Shown: positions 1 through 11,157, numbered from the stretch's first letter. The stretch is DNA of 64,000 bases from Chitinophagaceae bacterium (GCA_040290035.1 PSMG01000005.1:17727-81726), one strand, 5' to 3'. Translations and numbers: made by a program. The notes: a model not told the origin generated them from the letters alone.

Positions 1-1
1 A

Positions 2-276
2 CCTTCAAGCAAAAGGATTTTCGCTTCTATCCCTCACGCAAATAAAAAAATAAAATTTATCATTATAAGCAACGATAAAAATAATGAACGCAATGATCGT
101 TTCGAATCGTATCCAAAACCTTCAGAAACAGATCAGCGTTTAAAAAATCAACCAGAGTATATTGATCAGCAACCCGGCTATTTTCACAATAAATCAATAA
201 ATGATATTCCCGGAACGCAGTACCAACGTGAATCTGACGATCCTTCAAAAGATACGCAAGAGAGTGACGAATCTTA
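2..276 (+). CDS. Possible 3' part of a small hydrophilic protein (no ATG inside the window)
   Basis: Frame is open from base 2 to TAA at 274-276 (...SNDKNNERNDRFESYPKPSETDQRLKNQPEY...ESDES*) and converges on the fadD stop. No family recognised. Confidence 0.25.
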
Positions 277-2076
277 ACTCATTGCGTGATGCGGTTCGGC
301 ATAAATACGTTCAATGGCATCTCTGTATTTCTCCATCACTACTTTTCGCTTGAGTGAAAGCTTAGGAGTCAATTCGCCTGTGTCCACCGTCCATTCATAA
401 GGCAGTAACTCAAAACGTTTTACTTGCTCTATGTGATTGAAGAACTTATTAAAGCTCTCCACCAATTCTTTGTATAGCGCCAACACTTTTGGATGATGAA
501 TTAGTGCTTCGTTGGACAAATCGGCGAGGCCTTGTTTTCTTGCCCAATCACACAAGTTGGCAAAAGCGGGAACGATCAATGCACCAACGAATTTTCGCTC
601 GGGACCAACCAGCATCACTTGTTCAATAAAAGGTGATTCCTTCAATTTATTTTCAATAGGCAGCGGCGCTACATATTTACCGCCACTTGTTTTAAACAAT
701 TCTTTTTTACGGTCGGTGATCTTCAAAAATTTGCTGTCCACCATATTACCAATATCACCTGTTGCAAACCAACCATCGTTGATCACTTCAGCTGTTAGGT
801 CAGGTCGCTTATAATAACCCATCATGATGTTCGGACCTTTACACAATATCTCTCCGTCTTCTGCAAACCTCACTTGCACATTTTCTAATAGCGGCCCAAC
901 TGTTCCAAACATGCGACCATCTTCATTATACCTGTTCACAGCAATTACTGGTGAGGTTTCTGTCAATCCATAACCTTCCATGATGATGATCTTGGCCGCC
1001 GTAAAAATCCGGATCAATCGAACCTGGCAAGCAGCACCACCGGTCACAATGCATTTAATGTTATTACCTAAGGCTTCACGCCATTTGCTAAAAATTAGTT
1101 TATTGGCAAGCGCTAATTGTATATTGTACCAAGTGCCTTGATTTTTATTGATCTCAAACTTCTCAGCAAGACTGTGTGCCCAAAAAAACAATTTCTTTTT
1201 TGTACCTGTAAGTTCATTGCCCTTCTGCATGATCTTGTCATACACTTTCTCTAACAAGCGGGGAACGGTTGTAAATAAATTAGGTTGTACCTCTTTTAAA
1301 TTATCTGCAATAGTATCCAGGCTCTCTGCATAATAGATAGATGTCGTCTTGAAGAGATAAATGTATGTAACCATCCGTTCGAAAATGTGATTGAGTGGCA
1401 GAAAACTTAAGGATTTAAATTTTTCGCCAGGAGGAAAGCATGGAATAGATGCCATCACATTTGATAACACGTTATGGTGTGAAAGCATCACACCTTTAGG
1501 AGTGCCTGTTGTACCCGAAGTATAAATGATAGTGAATAAATCTTCACTGTCAATTTTCTGTGCAATTGCTTCTACCTGTTGATAATGTTCCTGTTTCCCC
1601 GCAGCAAGAATTTCTTTCCAATGAGGTGCATTGGGTACATGCTCAAAACTGTATACTTCTCTAATGCTTGTTACTTTAGAACGTACAGACTGCACTTTGT
1701 GAAACAGGTCTTCGTCGTTTACAAACACAGCTTTCACTTGTGCATCATCCAATACAAATTGTAAATCATTGATGTGAATAGTTGGATACAGTGGTACCAG
1801 AACGACACCAATTTGTTGCACTGCTAAGTCCAAGAACATCCATTCAGGCCGGTTTTTGGCAATGATGGCAATCTTATCTCTGCCTTCTATACTCATATCG
1901 CGGGGGCCATAACCCAGGGCCAGTAAACCAGCACTTAGGCGATTCACAATATCAATCACTTCGGCCGTGCTATACTTGCGCCACACACCGCCTTCTTTTG
2001 CTGCAAAGGTTGCCTCATTGCCACCCAAATCCATTTGCACTTGCAAGCAATCGAATAACCGCTTTGGTTGTACCAT
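274..2076 (-). CDS. fadD: Long-chain fatty acid-CoA ligase (AMP-dependent synthetase)
   Basis: 600 aa; adenylate-forming motifs YTSGTTGTPKG, GYGLTETSP, TGDIG, ITDRKKELFKTSGGKYVAP. Confidence 0.92.
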   Translation of the reverse strand: MVQPKRLFDCLQVQMDLGGNEATFAAKEGGVWRKYSTAEVIDIVNRLSAGLLALGYGPRDMSIEGRDKIAIIAKNRPEWMFLDLAVQQIGVVLVPLYPTIHINDLQFVLDDAQVKAVFVNDEDLFHKVQSVRSKVTSIREVYSFEHVPNAPHWKEILAAGKQEHYQQVEAIAQKIDSEDLFTIIYTSGTTGTPKGVMLSHHNVLSNVMASIPCFPPGEKFKSLSFLPLNHIFERMVTYIYLFKTTSIYYAESLDTIADNLKEVQPNLFTTVPRLLEKVYDKIMQKGNELTGTKKKLFFWAHSLAEKFEINKNQGTWYNIQLALANKLIFSKWREALGNNIKCIVTGGAACQVRLIRIFTAAKIIIMEGYGLTETSPVIAVNRYNEDGRMFGTVGPLLENVQVRFAEDGEILCKGPNIMMGYYKRPDLTAEVINDGWFATGDIGNMVDSKFLKITDRKKELFKTSGGKYVAPLPIENKLKESPFIEQVMLVGPERKFVGALIVPAFANLCDWARKQGLADLSNEALIHHPKVLALYKELVESFNKFFNHIEQVKRFELLPYEWTVDTGELTPKLSLKRKVVMEKYRDAIERIYAEPHHAMS

Positions 2077-2210
2077 ATAGTTCGTTTTCTACTTTTAATT
2101 TACAGTATTTCAAACGAAAAATACAGACGTTTAACTAAATAAATACAATTCATTAAACATGCTAACTCTATAGCTTTTGACACACCATTACCTTTGCCAA
2201 AACTTTTGCT

Positions 2211-3155
2211 ATGCGTTTTGACAGGCCGGTGCCGCTTACAGAGATTGCTCAATTGATTAACGCTACCGTTGTTGGTAACAAAGAAGGAAAAGCAACAGGT
2301 ATTAACGAAATACACAAAGTAGAAGAAGGTGACCTGGTATTTGTAGATCATCCGAAGTATTATGATAAGTGTATTCATTCTGCAGCAACATTTATCATCA
2401 TTAATAAAGAAGCAAGTTTTCCTGAAGGGAAAGCATTGTTGATTACCAATGAACCTTTTGAAGCCTACCAAAAAATAGTACAGCACTTTCGTCCATTTAA
2501 TCCATCAATGAAAATGATGAGTGATAGTGCTACTATTGGAGAAGGAAGTGTTGTGATGCCCGGAGCATACATTGGTAATCATGTGAGTATTGGTGAAAAT
2601 TGTGTCATCTATCCAAACGTTACGATTCTTGATTATTGCGTGATTGGCAATAATGTGGTGATTCAAAGCGGAACAACGATTGGCAGTGACGCGTTTTACT
2701 ACAATAAAAAAACGAACAGAGATATTCACTATAAGAAAATGTTGAACGGTGGCCGTGTGGTGATTGAAGATTTCGTGGAAATCGGCGCAAACTGCACGAT
2801 TGATCGTGGCGTAAGTGGTGATACCGTGATTGGTGCCGGAACAAAAATGGACAATCTAATTCATATTGGACACGATACCGTAGTGGGAAAAAATTGTTTG
2901 TTTGCTGCACAAGTAGGCATCGCCGGCGCTACCACCATTGAGGACAATGTCATTCTTTGGGGGCAAGTTGGTGTAAGTAAAACCTTGACCATTGGTGCAG
3001 GTGCAGAAGTGTATGCACAAAGTGGTGTGCCATCATCGCTAGATGGCGGTAAAAAATATTTTGGTTCACCGGCAGAAGATGCGATGCAAAAAAAGAAAGA
3101 GTTTGTATGGATCAAACGTATTCCGCAGTTGTGGCAAAAGATAATGGGAGAATAA
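2211..3155 (+). CDS. lpxD: UDP-3-O-acyl-glucosamine N-acyltransferase (LpxD-like)
   Basis: 314 aa; hexapeptide repeats, [27 protein letters not shown]. Not clustered with lpxC/lpxA here, so it may be a paralogue. Promoter box TACCTTTG at ~2189. Confidence 0.8.
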   Translation: MRFDRPVPLTEIAQLINATVVGNKEGKATGINEIHKVEEGDLVFVDHPKYYDKCIHSAATFIIINKEASFPEGKALLITNEPFEAYQKIVQHFRPFNPSMKMMSDSATIGEGSVVMPGAYIGNHVSIGENCVIYPNVTILDYCVIGNNVVIQSGTTIGSDAFYYNKKTNRDIHYKKMLNGGRVVIEDFVEIGANCTIDRGVSGDTVIGAGTKMDNLIHIGHDTVVGKNCLFAAQVGIAGATTIEDNVILWGQVGVSKTLTIGAGAEVYAQSGVPSSLDGGKKYFGSPAEDAMQKKKEFVWIKRIPQLWQKIMGE

Positions 3156-3163
3156 AGTGTAGA

Positions 3164-4036
3164 TTAATGATGAACAATTGCTAGTTGCACATAAATCCAA
3201 ACAAAGATTGAAGCAAATAACAACGAATCAAAACGGTCTAAGAAGCCACCGTGACCAGGCATGATGCTACCGCTGTCTTTCACACCAGCCATACGTTTTA
3301 GTTTGCTTTCAAACAAGTCACCAATTGTTCCTGTAATACCTGCGATGACCGCAATAGCAATGGAATGATAAATACTAAACTCCATGATCTTTCCAATGAT
3401 GGCTACTACAATGGCGCAAAGAATAACACCGCCAATAGTTCCTTCCCAGGTTTTCTTTGGTGAAATTTTAGAGAGTGGCGTTTTGCCAATCAATGATCCA
3501 ACTATATAAGCCATTGTATCATTGATCCAAAGAGAAAAAATAGTTAGCAAAGCGATAATCTCGCCACCACGTGCAACACCTGTTTGATCAACATGTAACA
3601 AACGCATGGATAGCAACAATGAAAGTGATAGTGATAAGTAAAGTAAGCCACCTATTGAATATCCGAAATTGATAACAGGGGTTGATTTCAATTCAAAGAA
3701 GATGGAGACTGGTAGAATAATGATTAAAGCAATGCCTAGCCAAAATACAATTTCAGACAAACGAATACTTCCCATCCACCGATTAGAATCGGTGAAGTAA
3801 AGCATCATGCACCAGCCAAGCAACATAATACCATACTTATGAAGCGGCGTGATTCTGGCATAATCAGGATGAAACGTAGCTACCAGCTTTTGATACTCTA
3901 CCCAGCAGCCAAAATGCACAATAGAAAACAAAATAAAAAACGACCATTGATTCCAAAGCAAACCTGCAAGCATCACTACTACAAAGATGATCGCTGTTAA
4001 AGCTCTTGTCTTAAAGGTTTGTACGTTAAACGCCAT
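3164..4036 (-). CDS. cdsA: Phosphatidate cytidylyltransferase
   Basis: Polytopic membrane protein with SPKKTWEG and GDLFES...KDSG...PGHGGFLDRFDS. Confidence 0.95.
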   Translation of the reverse strand: MAFNVQTFKTRALTAIIFVVVMLAGLLWNQWSFFILFSIVHFGCWVEYQKLVATFHPDYARITPLHKYGIMLLGWCMMLYFTDSNRWMGSIRLSEIVFWLGIALIIILPVSIFFELKSTPVINFGYSIGGLLYLSLSLSLLLSMRLLHVDQTGVARGGEIIALLTIFSLWINDTMAYIVGSLIGKTPLSKISPKKTWEGTIGGVILCAIVVAIIGKIMEFSIYHSIAIAVIAGITGTIGDLFESKLKRMAGVKDSGSIMPGHGGFLDRFDSLLFASIFVWIYVQLAIVHH

Positions 4037-4038
4037 GA

Positions 4039-5001
4039 TTAAAAACTGAGATCTTGATCATTCAATTGTGGCTTATCACCTGCATACACTTCTTCGTAAC
4101 TGGTAGTAGAATTGCGTTTCATAATCGCTATCAAAACAAAAACCAACACCGTACTAAAAATGGCGGCGATGGCCATGGCAGAGGGTTTCATGAGCGTTGC
4201 ATTTTCATCATTCACCATTGCCGGGTTTAGGTAAGCAAGCACAATAAACAATCCATCGTAAAAGAAATGGGCAATGATAGCGGGCCAAATGCTTCCGCTA
4301 TACCAATAAATAGCACCTAATAAAATGCCTAATAAAAATCTTGGTACAAATCCTAAAAACTGAAAATGAAAAAAAGAAAACAGAAATGCTGCCACCACAA
4401 TTCCCATCCAGGGATTTTTAAAAGCACGAATGAATAAACGTTGCAGCACACCCCTGAAAAACAATTCTTCACCAATACCTGCAAACAGCGCAATAAAGAT
4501 GAGGTTTTGAATGAGGTTGGCAGGTGTTCGTTCATTCAACATAAACTGGATAGTGGCCTGTGCCTGTTTTTCCATTCCTTCCATCCATTTACGTGTAGCA
4601 CTGCTTAATTGTATATCTCTATTTAATAATCCGGTATACTCCACAGCCGGAATAGCAACTAACATCACTACGATCGCTAAAATCCAATAAATACTTTTTG
4701 AAGGTGCTTTCAACCCAAGGTAAGTACGGGGCTTTGGATCGGAGAAGTAGCCAAACAATAATGTCGGAATCAAAAACAAGCCTAAAAACTGCAGCACCAA
4801 CATACCCCGGATAAACAACATCATTTTAGGATTATTCATGTTCCATTTGGTAGGATCGGACAATTGCAACAATCCCATTCCGGTCATACTGGATAAAATG
4901 ACCGTTCCAATCAGAGACAAAACCATGAAAATTCCGAAGGCCATCCCAATAAACAGCAATAATTGTATGATCGCAGGCCTCGTTTTAAGATATGTTTGCA
5001 T
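4039..5001 (-). CDS. CPBP (CAAX protease/Abi) family intramembrane metalloprotease
   Basis: GEELFFRG, FSFFHF and AHFFYD motifs within TM helices. Confidence 0.9.
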   Translation of the reverse strand: MQTYLKTRPAIIQLLLFIGMAFGIFMVLSLIGTVILSSMTGMGLLQLSDPTKWNMNNPKMMLFIRGMLVLQFLGLFLIPTLLFGYFSDPKPRTYLGLKAPSKSIYWILAIVVMLVAIPAVEYTGLLNRDIQLSSATRKWMEGMEKQAQATIQFMLNERTPANLIQNLIFIALFAGIGEELFFRGVLQRLFIRAFKNPWMGIVVAAFLFSFFHFQFLGFVPRFLLGILLGAIYWYSGSIWPAIIAHFFYDGLFIVLAYLNPAMVNDENATLMKPSAMAIAAIFSTVLVFVLIAIMKRNSTTSYEEVYAGDKPQLNDQDLSF

Positions 5002-5065
5002 AACGCCGATAGTTTGGAATTGTATTTTTGCGCCTCTAAGATAACCTTGTTAACGCAGAAGCATT

Positions 5066-6103
5066 TTGGTAAAAATAGATAACATAACGCTTCCCGATTT
5101 TCCACTCCTGCTTGCGCCTATGGAAGATGTGAGTGACCCGCCTTTTCGTGCTGTGTGCAAAAGCAATGGCGCTGATTTGATGTACACCGAATTCATTAGC
5201 AGTGAAGGTTTGATTCGTGATGCCATCAAAAGTCGTCGCAAGCTCGACATTTTTGAAATTGAACGGCCGATAGGTATTCAAATCTTCGGCGGTGATGAAG
5301 AAGCCATGGCCCTGAGCGCAAAGATTGTTGATACAGTGAATCCTGATTTGCTGGATATCAACTTTGGTTGCCCTGTAAAAAAAGTGGTGAGCAAAGGGGC
5401 TGGTGCAGGTGTGTTGAAAGACATCAACCTGATGGTTCGTTTGACAAAAGCTGTTGTGAATTCATCTTCGCTGCCTGTTACGGTGAAGACACGCTTAGGC
5501 TGGGATGACAGCACCATCAATATTGAAGAAGTTGCCGAACGTTTACAGGATGTAGGCATTAAAGCATTGGCTATACATGGTAGAACAAGATGCCAGTTGT
5601 ATAAAGGTGTGGCCAATTGGGATCCGATTGCAAGGGTGAAAAACAATCCTCGCATTCATATTCCAATTTTTGGTAACGGTGATATTGATTCGCCCCAAAA
5701 AGCAGTTGAGTACAAAAACAAATACGGTGTAGACGGAATTATGATTGGTCGTGCTGCCATTGGTTATCCTTGGATCTTTAACGAGATCAAACACTATGTA
5801 CAAACCGGCGAATTATTACCACCACCAACTATTCAACAACGTGTAGACGTAGCCCGTACGCATTTACATCAGTCAATTGAATGGAAAGGCTTGAAAACAG
5901 GCATTAATGAAATGCGTCGCCATTACACCAATTATTTAAGAGGCTTACCCAACATTAAAGAGTTTCGCCAGAAGCTTGTTACACTAAATGAAGTAGCAGC
6001 GTTGGATGAAGTATTGGATACAATTGAAAAAGAATACGCAGACTTTCAATTTGAACGCAAGCCAATTGAACTGATCAATTATCATGAGAAGTGTCCAGTA
6101 TAA
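5066..6103 (+). CDS. dusB: tRNA-dihydrouridine synthase B
   Basis: LAPMEDVSD, DINFGCP, IHGRT, NGDI, MIGRA; TTG start; promoter box TATTTTTG at ~5023. Confidence 0.95.
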   Translation: MVKIDNITLPDFPLLLAPMEDVSDPPFRAVCKSNGADLMYTEFISSEGLIRDAIKSRRKLDIFEIERPIGIQIFGGDEEAMALSAKIVDTVNPDLLDINFGCPVKKVVSKGAGAGVLKDINLMVRLTKAVVNSSSLPVTVKTRLGWDDSTINIEEVAERLQDVGIKALAIHGRTRCQLYKGVANWDPIARVKNNPRIHIPIFGNGDIDSPQKAVEYKNKYGVDGIMIGRAAIGYPWIFNEIKHYVQTGELLPPPTIQQRVDVARTHLHQSIEWKGLKTGINEMRRHYTNYLRGLPNIKEFRQKLVTLNEVAALDEVLDTIEKEYADFQFERKPIELINYHEKCPV

Positions 6104-6750
6104 ACTTCAGTCAAGACTTCTTCTAAAATTATTGATACATCTTCTGCCCTGTTAAAAACCATTAGGTGTGTTCCACCTTTTATTATATGTGTGGGTCGCA
6201 AAAATTTGATAGGTAAGATTTTATCCGAAGTACCGTGAATTTGTAGGATGTTACCAGGTGCTTCCTTTTTATTCCATTTCAATACAGCATCTGTTGCCCT
6301 TTTCATAAAAACAGGATCTGCAACTTTTAATAAAGCAACAAACAATCGTTTGTCTTCTTCTGTTTGCACGCCGATAAACCAATAAGCAGCTTTTCGCCAC
6401 TTGAATTGCCAGCGCAGTGGGATCCATCGATGCAAAGGAAGTATCCTGCCAAGGGCAAAATAAAAAGGTAGTTGTTTTTCACTGGATGCACTGGATATTA
6501 AGATCGTTTTTAGCGGATGCAGAAAGCTTTGCATCTCACTAGCAATCATTCCGCCCAATGAAAGACCAATAACAACAAAAGGTTTAGAAGTATCAATACC
6601 AGAAGCTAAGCGTCTTGCATAATGCGGAATGGTTTCACTTTTTTCAAATGGGATCCATCGCAGGTATTGTGGTGTGCAAAAAGCAGGCAGTTTCAAATTT
6701 GCAAATACCCGTTCATCTGCACCCAGGCCGCTGATGAAATACACATTCAT
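6082..6750 (-). CDS. Alpha/beta hydrolase
   Basis: ISGLGAD oxyanion loop, GLSLGG nucleophile elbow, HGTSD, GGTHL. Confidence 0.85.
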   Translation of the reverse strand: MNVYFISGLGADERVFANLKLPAFCTPQYLRWIPFEKSETIPHYARRLASGIDTSKPFVVIGLSLGGMIASEMQSFLHPLKTILISSASSEKQLPFYFALGRILPLHRWIPLRWQFKWRKAAYWFIGVQTEEDKRLFVALLKVADPVFMKRATDAVLKWNKKEAPGNILQIHGTSDKILPIKFLRPTHIIKGGTHLMVFNRAEDVSIILEEVLTEVYTGHFS

Positions 6751-6980
6751 TCTTTTGCTTTAATCCAACCTATTAATGAAACAATCGTCCATGTTCCTTC
6801 TAATACAAAAAAGGGCCAGTAAGAAATTAAATATGATGCAAAGCAAGTCATGGCTGCACCAATTGTATTTAATACAAAAAAGATTTTGCTGTGCGACGAC
6901 ATCCAATTGAATGTGCTGCAGAAGTAAGCAACTAAAATAAGAAAAACACCAACCGTTCCAATCCAATCACTAAAACTCAT
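6747..6980 (-). CDS. Small membrane protein (CBU_0592-like)
   Basis: 77 aa, three TM segments, DWIGTVGVFLILVAY...LEGTW; 4-bp overlap with the downstream gene. Confidence 0.7.
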   Translation of the reverse strand: MSFSDWIGTVGVFLILVAYFCSTFNWMSSHSKIFFVLNTIGAAMTCFASYLISYWPFFVLEGTWTIVSLIGWIKAKE

Positions 6981-6982
6981 AC

Positions 6983-7573
6983 TTAAAGTTTTATAGCCTC
7001 AATAACTTCATTACTCAATGGTGAAATAGCTGGATCGAAATACCGCATCAAAGCCCCATCTTCGCTGATCAAATATTTAGAAAAATTCCAGGTTGGTTCC
7101 TGCTCATTCCAACCATTTTCTTCTTTATGCGAAAGCCAATGAAATAATTTGTTTTGATAGCCTGTTTTTATAACCGTACTTTTTTTTGCTAATGGGAAAG
7201 TGACGCCATAATTTACCTGGCAGAACTGCGCAATCTCTTCATCGCTTCCCTTTTCCTGTTCCTTAAAATCATTAGACGGAAATGCAATGACTTCAACTTG
7301 ATCTTTATACTGATCATACAATTGTTGTAATTCTTTATACTGATCGGTATAGCCACAGTTAGAAGCAGTATTAACCAACAATAACTTCTTGCCTTTATAC
7401 TCAGCTAGTGTTTTCGTTTGCCCATTATTCATTGTGATGGCTACATCGTAAATGGGAACAATAGGCTGCACTGCTTTTTCATTTTTCATCACCATCGATT
7501 TTTTGTTACTCATTCTTGATGCAAGCATCACCAAAGGATATAACAGCTTTAATAATCGTTGTCTTACGGTCAT
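6983..7573 (-). CDS. Glutathione peroxidase family protein (Cys type)
   Basis: VNTASNCGYT, FPSNDFKEQE, WNFSKYL. Confidence 0.93.
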   Translation of the reverse strand: MTVRQRLLKLLYPLVMLASRMSNKKSMVMKNEKAVQPIVPIYDVAITMNNGQTKTLAEYKGKKLLLVNTASNCGYTDQYKELQQLYDQYKDQVEVIAFPSNDFKEQEKGSDEEIAQFCQVNYGVTFPLAKKSTVIKTGYQNKLFHWLSHKEENGWNEQEPTWNFSKYLISEDGALMRYFDPAISPLSNEVIEAIKL

Positions 7574-8955
7574 CGGATAATTTTTTTGAAGAGATTAAGC
7601 TTACCTTTAAACGGTGGATATTTTATGGATGGATCAAACCACGTTGGTGTCTTCATTACTGCCTTTTGGTGCGTAAATACATCGAATGAATATTTGCCAT
7701 GATAAGCACCAATGCCGCTGTTACCTCTGCCACCAAAGGGCAAATTGAAATTGGTTAAATGCCATGAAGCATTATTGACACATCCTCCACCGAATGAAAC
7801 TTCATTCAACCAATACTCTTCTTTTTCTGTTGAAGAAGTAAACACATAAAAAGCCAAAGGGTTTGGATTGCTATTAATTATCTTTTTTACTTCGTCTGAT
7901 GTTTGATAAGAAATAACCGGAAGAATGGGGCCAAATATTTCTTCCTGCATGATGGCCACTTCGTGAGATGCATCTTCCACGATGGTTGGTTCTATGTATT
8001 GCTTCACTGCATCGTGCTTTCCACCAAAAACAATTGTTACCTCATTGAGATAATTTACAAGACGGTTGTATTGCCTCTCATTAATAATTTTTCCATAATT
8101 GTAACTCTCACCGGGGGCATCGGAAAAAAATTGCTGAATAGTTTTCTTTAATGCGTCAATTAATTTTTCTTTTACTGGTGCATGCACTAATACATAATCA
8201 GGTGCCACGCACATTTGTCCTGCATTAGAAAACTTAGTAACTGCAATTCTTCTAGCAGCGACATCAATATTTGCATCTGCTTCTACAACACATGGACTTT
8301 TACCGCCCAACTCTAATGTAACTGGAACTAATTTTTTAGCAGCCATTTCATAAATCATCTTCCCTACCAAAGTACTGCCTGTATAAAACACATGATCAAA
8401 ACGAAAGTTGTTCATCAACTCTGGCACAACTGCTGCACCTTCACCTTCTATAAACTGAATATATTGATCAGAAAAAGTTTCTGCGACAATCTTTTTCATG
8501 ATTGCTGCTGTTGCAGGGGCAAACTCACTTGGTTTTAAAACCACACAGTTACCCGCAGCTATAGCACCAACCAATGGTGTAAACAATAATTGCAAGGGAT
8601 AGTTCCATGGGCCAATAACCAGCACCACACCCAAGGGCTCTTTGTAGATATAACTTTTACTGGGAAAATTGAGCAAGTTAGTTTTTACCTTTTCCCGCCT
8701 CATCCAGCTCTTCAAATGTTTTATCGTATGATTAATCTCTGCGATCAAAAAACCGATTTCTGTTACCCAACTTTCTTCGGGGCTTTTTTTCAAATCCTGA
8801 TACAAGGCATCATAAACTTGCTGCTCGTGTTGCAACAAACTTTTTTTCAAAGCTTCCAATTGTTGCTTACGAAATGCATACGAACGTGTAGCACCGCTTT
8901 CGTAATAAGTACGCAGTTGTTGTAATGATGATAAAGAAATAGTTTCTGCTGTCAT
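7570..8955 (-). CDS. Aldehyde dehydrogenase (ALDH3-like)
   Basis: IGPWNYP, LELGGKSP, NAGQMCVAPD, EEIFGP, PFGG. Confidence 0.95.
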   Translation of the reverse strand: MTAETISLSSLQQLRTYYESGATRSYAFRKQQLEALKKSLLQHEQQVYDALYQDLKKSPEESWVTEIGFLIAEINHTIKHLKSWMRREKVKTNLLNFPSKSYIYKEPLGVVLVIGPWNYPLQLLFTPLVGAIAAGNCVVLKPSEFAPATAAIMKKIVAETFSDQYIQFIEGEGAAVVPELMNNFRFDHVFYTGSTLVGKMIYEMAAKKLVPVTLELGGKSPCVVEADANIDVAARRIAVTKFSNAGQMCVAPDYVLVHAPVKEKLIDALKKTIQQFFSDAPGESYNYGKIINERQYNRLVNYLNEVTIVFGGKHDAVKQYIEPTIVEDASHEVAIMQEEIFGPILPVISYQTSDEVKKIINSNPNPLAFYVFTSSTEKEEYWLNEVSFGGGCVNNASWHLTNFNLPFGGRGNSGIGAYHGKYSFDVFTHQKAVMKTPTWFDPSIKYPPFKGKLNLFKKIIR

Positions 8956-8956
8956 C

Positions 8957-10294
8957 CTATTTTATTTGATATACTGCATAGTCCCACGGCTGCATTTTAG
9001 TATTGTTCTGTATTGTTTCTGTTTCACTGCTAAATACATTTTTCCACATCCTAGCAGAAGGAGTCGTTAACCAGCTAAAATAAACTACCTGATTACTTAG
9101 GTTCAATACAACTAAAACTTTCTTCTTTCCATTCATTCGTTCGAACGCATAAATAGCTGCATCATTTGTGGTTTTCAACTTCTTGAAGGAAGCATTAGTC
9201 GCTAACGCACTATTATTTTTTCGGAGGTTAAGCAAGGTCTTATAAAAAGGTGCCCGTGCATATTTGTTGAAGATGATGGTGTCTTTATAAAAAAAACTGA
9301 TGCTATCTAAATAAGGCTCTTCTTGTCCACTATAAATTAATGGTACTGATGCTTTGATGGTTTGCGTTAGCACAGCAAAAGGTGCATGGCTTGCTCCCGG
9401 CATAGTGGCATAATCTGCTTTGTTCCAACTATTCTCATCATGGTTGGAGGTGAAGTACATGCGTAGCGCATTTTTTTTATAAGTGTTTTCCACCTTTGTC
9501 AAAACGCTGTCGATACCAAAGGCTGGACGTTCACCTTTTACAATTTGCTTCATCATATTAAATGCATCCCAAGTATAAGTAGCATCAAAACCCGCAGTAT
9601 GCATCCACGCTTCATTACTTTCTGCCAGCATAAAAATATTTTTCAGCTTGCGTAATTGCGGAATGCATTTGCTCCAAAAAGATGCAGGTACATCTGTGGC
9701 AACATCGCAACGAAAACCATCGATATTACTATTGGTGATCCAAAACTTCATTGAAGCAATCATACTATCTGCCAATTGTGTGTTGCTGTAATTGAGTTTT
9801 CTTGCATCAGTCCAATCAAAGGGCGAAAGCGGATTACCATTTTTGTCCTTTACATAAAAATCTGGATGCTTGCTTAGCCAGGGATGATCAGCACCTGTAT
9901 GATTAGGAACCCAATCAATAATCACTTTAAAACCCATCGCATGCGCTTTCTGCACTAACGATTTCCAGTCGCTCATTGTTCCGTATTCGGGATTGATAGC
10001 TGTGTAATTAGACACGGCATAATAACTACCCAACAGACCTTTTCTATCTTTTTTACTAATGGGATTAATAGGCATAAACCAAAGGGTTTGAACACCCATT
10101 TCTTTTAACCGTGGTAAATGCTTTTCAAATGCTTTGAATGTTCCTTCAGGAGTGTATTGTCGAACATTCACCTCATAAATATTGCCTTGCATGATCCAGG
10201 CAGGATGGCCATCAATTACAGCAGACTGAGCTGCGGCAGTTAGGTTTATAATAATTGATAAAAAAATAAACAGCGTGATTTTAGTGTGGCCCAT
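8957..10294 (-). CDS. Secreted GH13 alpha-amylase family glycosidase
   Basis: Signal peptide; DWVPNH, GFRCDVA (nucleophile Asp), LAES (acid/base Glu), SNHDE. Confidence 0.9.
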   Translation of the reverse strand: MGHTKITLFIFLSIIINLTAAAQSAVIDGHPAWIMQGNIYEVNVRQYTPEGTFKAFEKHLPRLKEMGVQTLWFMPINPISKKDRKGLLGSYYAVSNYTAINPEYGTMSDWKSLVQKAHAMGFKVIIDWVPNHTGADHPWLSKHPDFYVKDKNGNPLSPFDWTDARKLNYSNTQLADSMIASMKFWITNSNIDGFRCDVATDVPASFWSKCIPQLRKLKNIFMLAESNEAWMHTAGFDATYTWDAFNMMKQIVKGERPAFGIDSVLTKVENTYKKNALRMYFTSNHDENSWNKADYATMPGASHAPFAVLTQTIKASVPLIYSGQEEPYLDSISFFYKDTIIFNKYARAPFYKTLLNLRKNNSALATNASFKKLKTTNDAAIYAFERMNGKKKVLVVLNLSNQVVYFSWLTTPSARMWKNVFSSETETIQNNTKMQPWDYAVYQIK

Positions 10295-10443
10295 GCGAAA
10301 ACTTTTTTATAAAACTACGTAGATATGTTCTTGCATTTGCAGCATTCTTTGTCTAACTTGTTGTTCATCCTCCTTTGCAGAAGCCATTTCTGCTTGCAAA
10401 TTATAGTCATAACTAAAACCACACATATATCAAAAAAACAACA

Positions 10444-11019
10444 ATGCTTCTATTGGCTGCAGGATTATTGGCTGCTTGTATGAGCGTGAGTACGTACGCA
10501 CAGCAAAAAGAAACAAAAATTAATGAACGTTATTTTATTGATGTACACGATGTGCAACCTGGCAAAGTAAACTTTGAGCAAGTATTAGCTGCTCACCAAA
10601 AAGGATTTACAAATGCAAGATGAGGATAAAGGAAAGATTTATTGCCTCTCTACAGCCCCAAACGGAGAAAGCGGAGAAAACGTAAATAATACACATAAAA
10701 ATGCGCACGGGCTAACTTATACGAGCATTTCGGAAGTAACACCTGGGGCTGAAGATGCTTCAAAGGAAGGAAAGCAATTTTATTTGTACATTCATGAACT
10801 GGGAAAATTACAGCTGCGGCAGTTGCAGACGCCCATAAAAAAAGATTTGGCTATTCAAGGTAGCAACAGCGTCAACTTTATTAATTATTAAGTAGATGAA
10901 AAGAATGGATTGGTGTACTGCTTATCGCAAAGTCCAAGTGCAGAAGCAGTTATCAAAACCACAAAGAAGCCCATGGTCTTATTCCACAAAAAGTATATAA
11001 GGTAAAGCAAGGTCAGTAA
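10444..11019 (+). pseudogene. Tandem DUF4242 (SCO4226-like) secreted protein, broken
   Basis: Pieces read MLLLAAGLL...YFIDVHD...AAHQK / KGKIYCLSTAP...THKNAHGL / AVADAHKKDLAIQ...FINY*VDEKNGLVYCLS...EAHGLIP. There are frameshifts, an apparent internal deletion, and an in-frame TAA at 10889-10891 where Trp is expected. Confidence 0.7.
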
Positions 11020-11110
11020 ACCTATAATAAAAAAGACTTCCAAATTGATACATTATTTACTGGTTGGAATATGCTAATACATAATGTAAAGGGTAAAACA
11101 TCTAAAAACA

Positions 11111-11139
11111 AAAAAAGCTTTCCACAAGGAAAGCTTTTT
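11111..11139 (-). terminator. Intrinsic terminator after tsf
   Basis: AAAGCTTTCC-acaa-GGAAAGCTTT flanked by A/T runs. Confidence 0.8.
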
Positions 11140-11157
11140 AAATATACTAATTAATGT

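Noticed and set aside
63-248. 61-aa minus-strand ORF
   Set aside because: No motif; the opposite-strand frame is open for longer and reads more like protein.
6082-10294. Amylase-ALDH-peroxidase-hydrolase run as a novel pathway
   Set aside because: The genes are tightly packed, but all are common families with no coherent shared chemistry visible.
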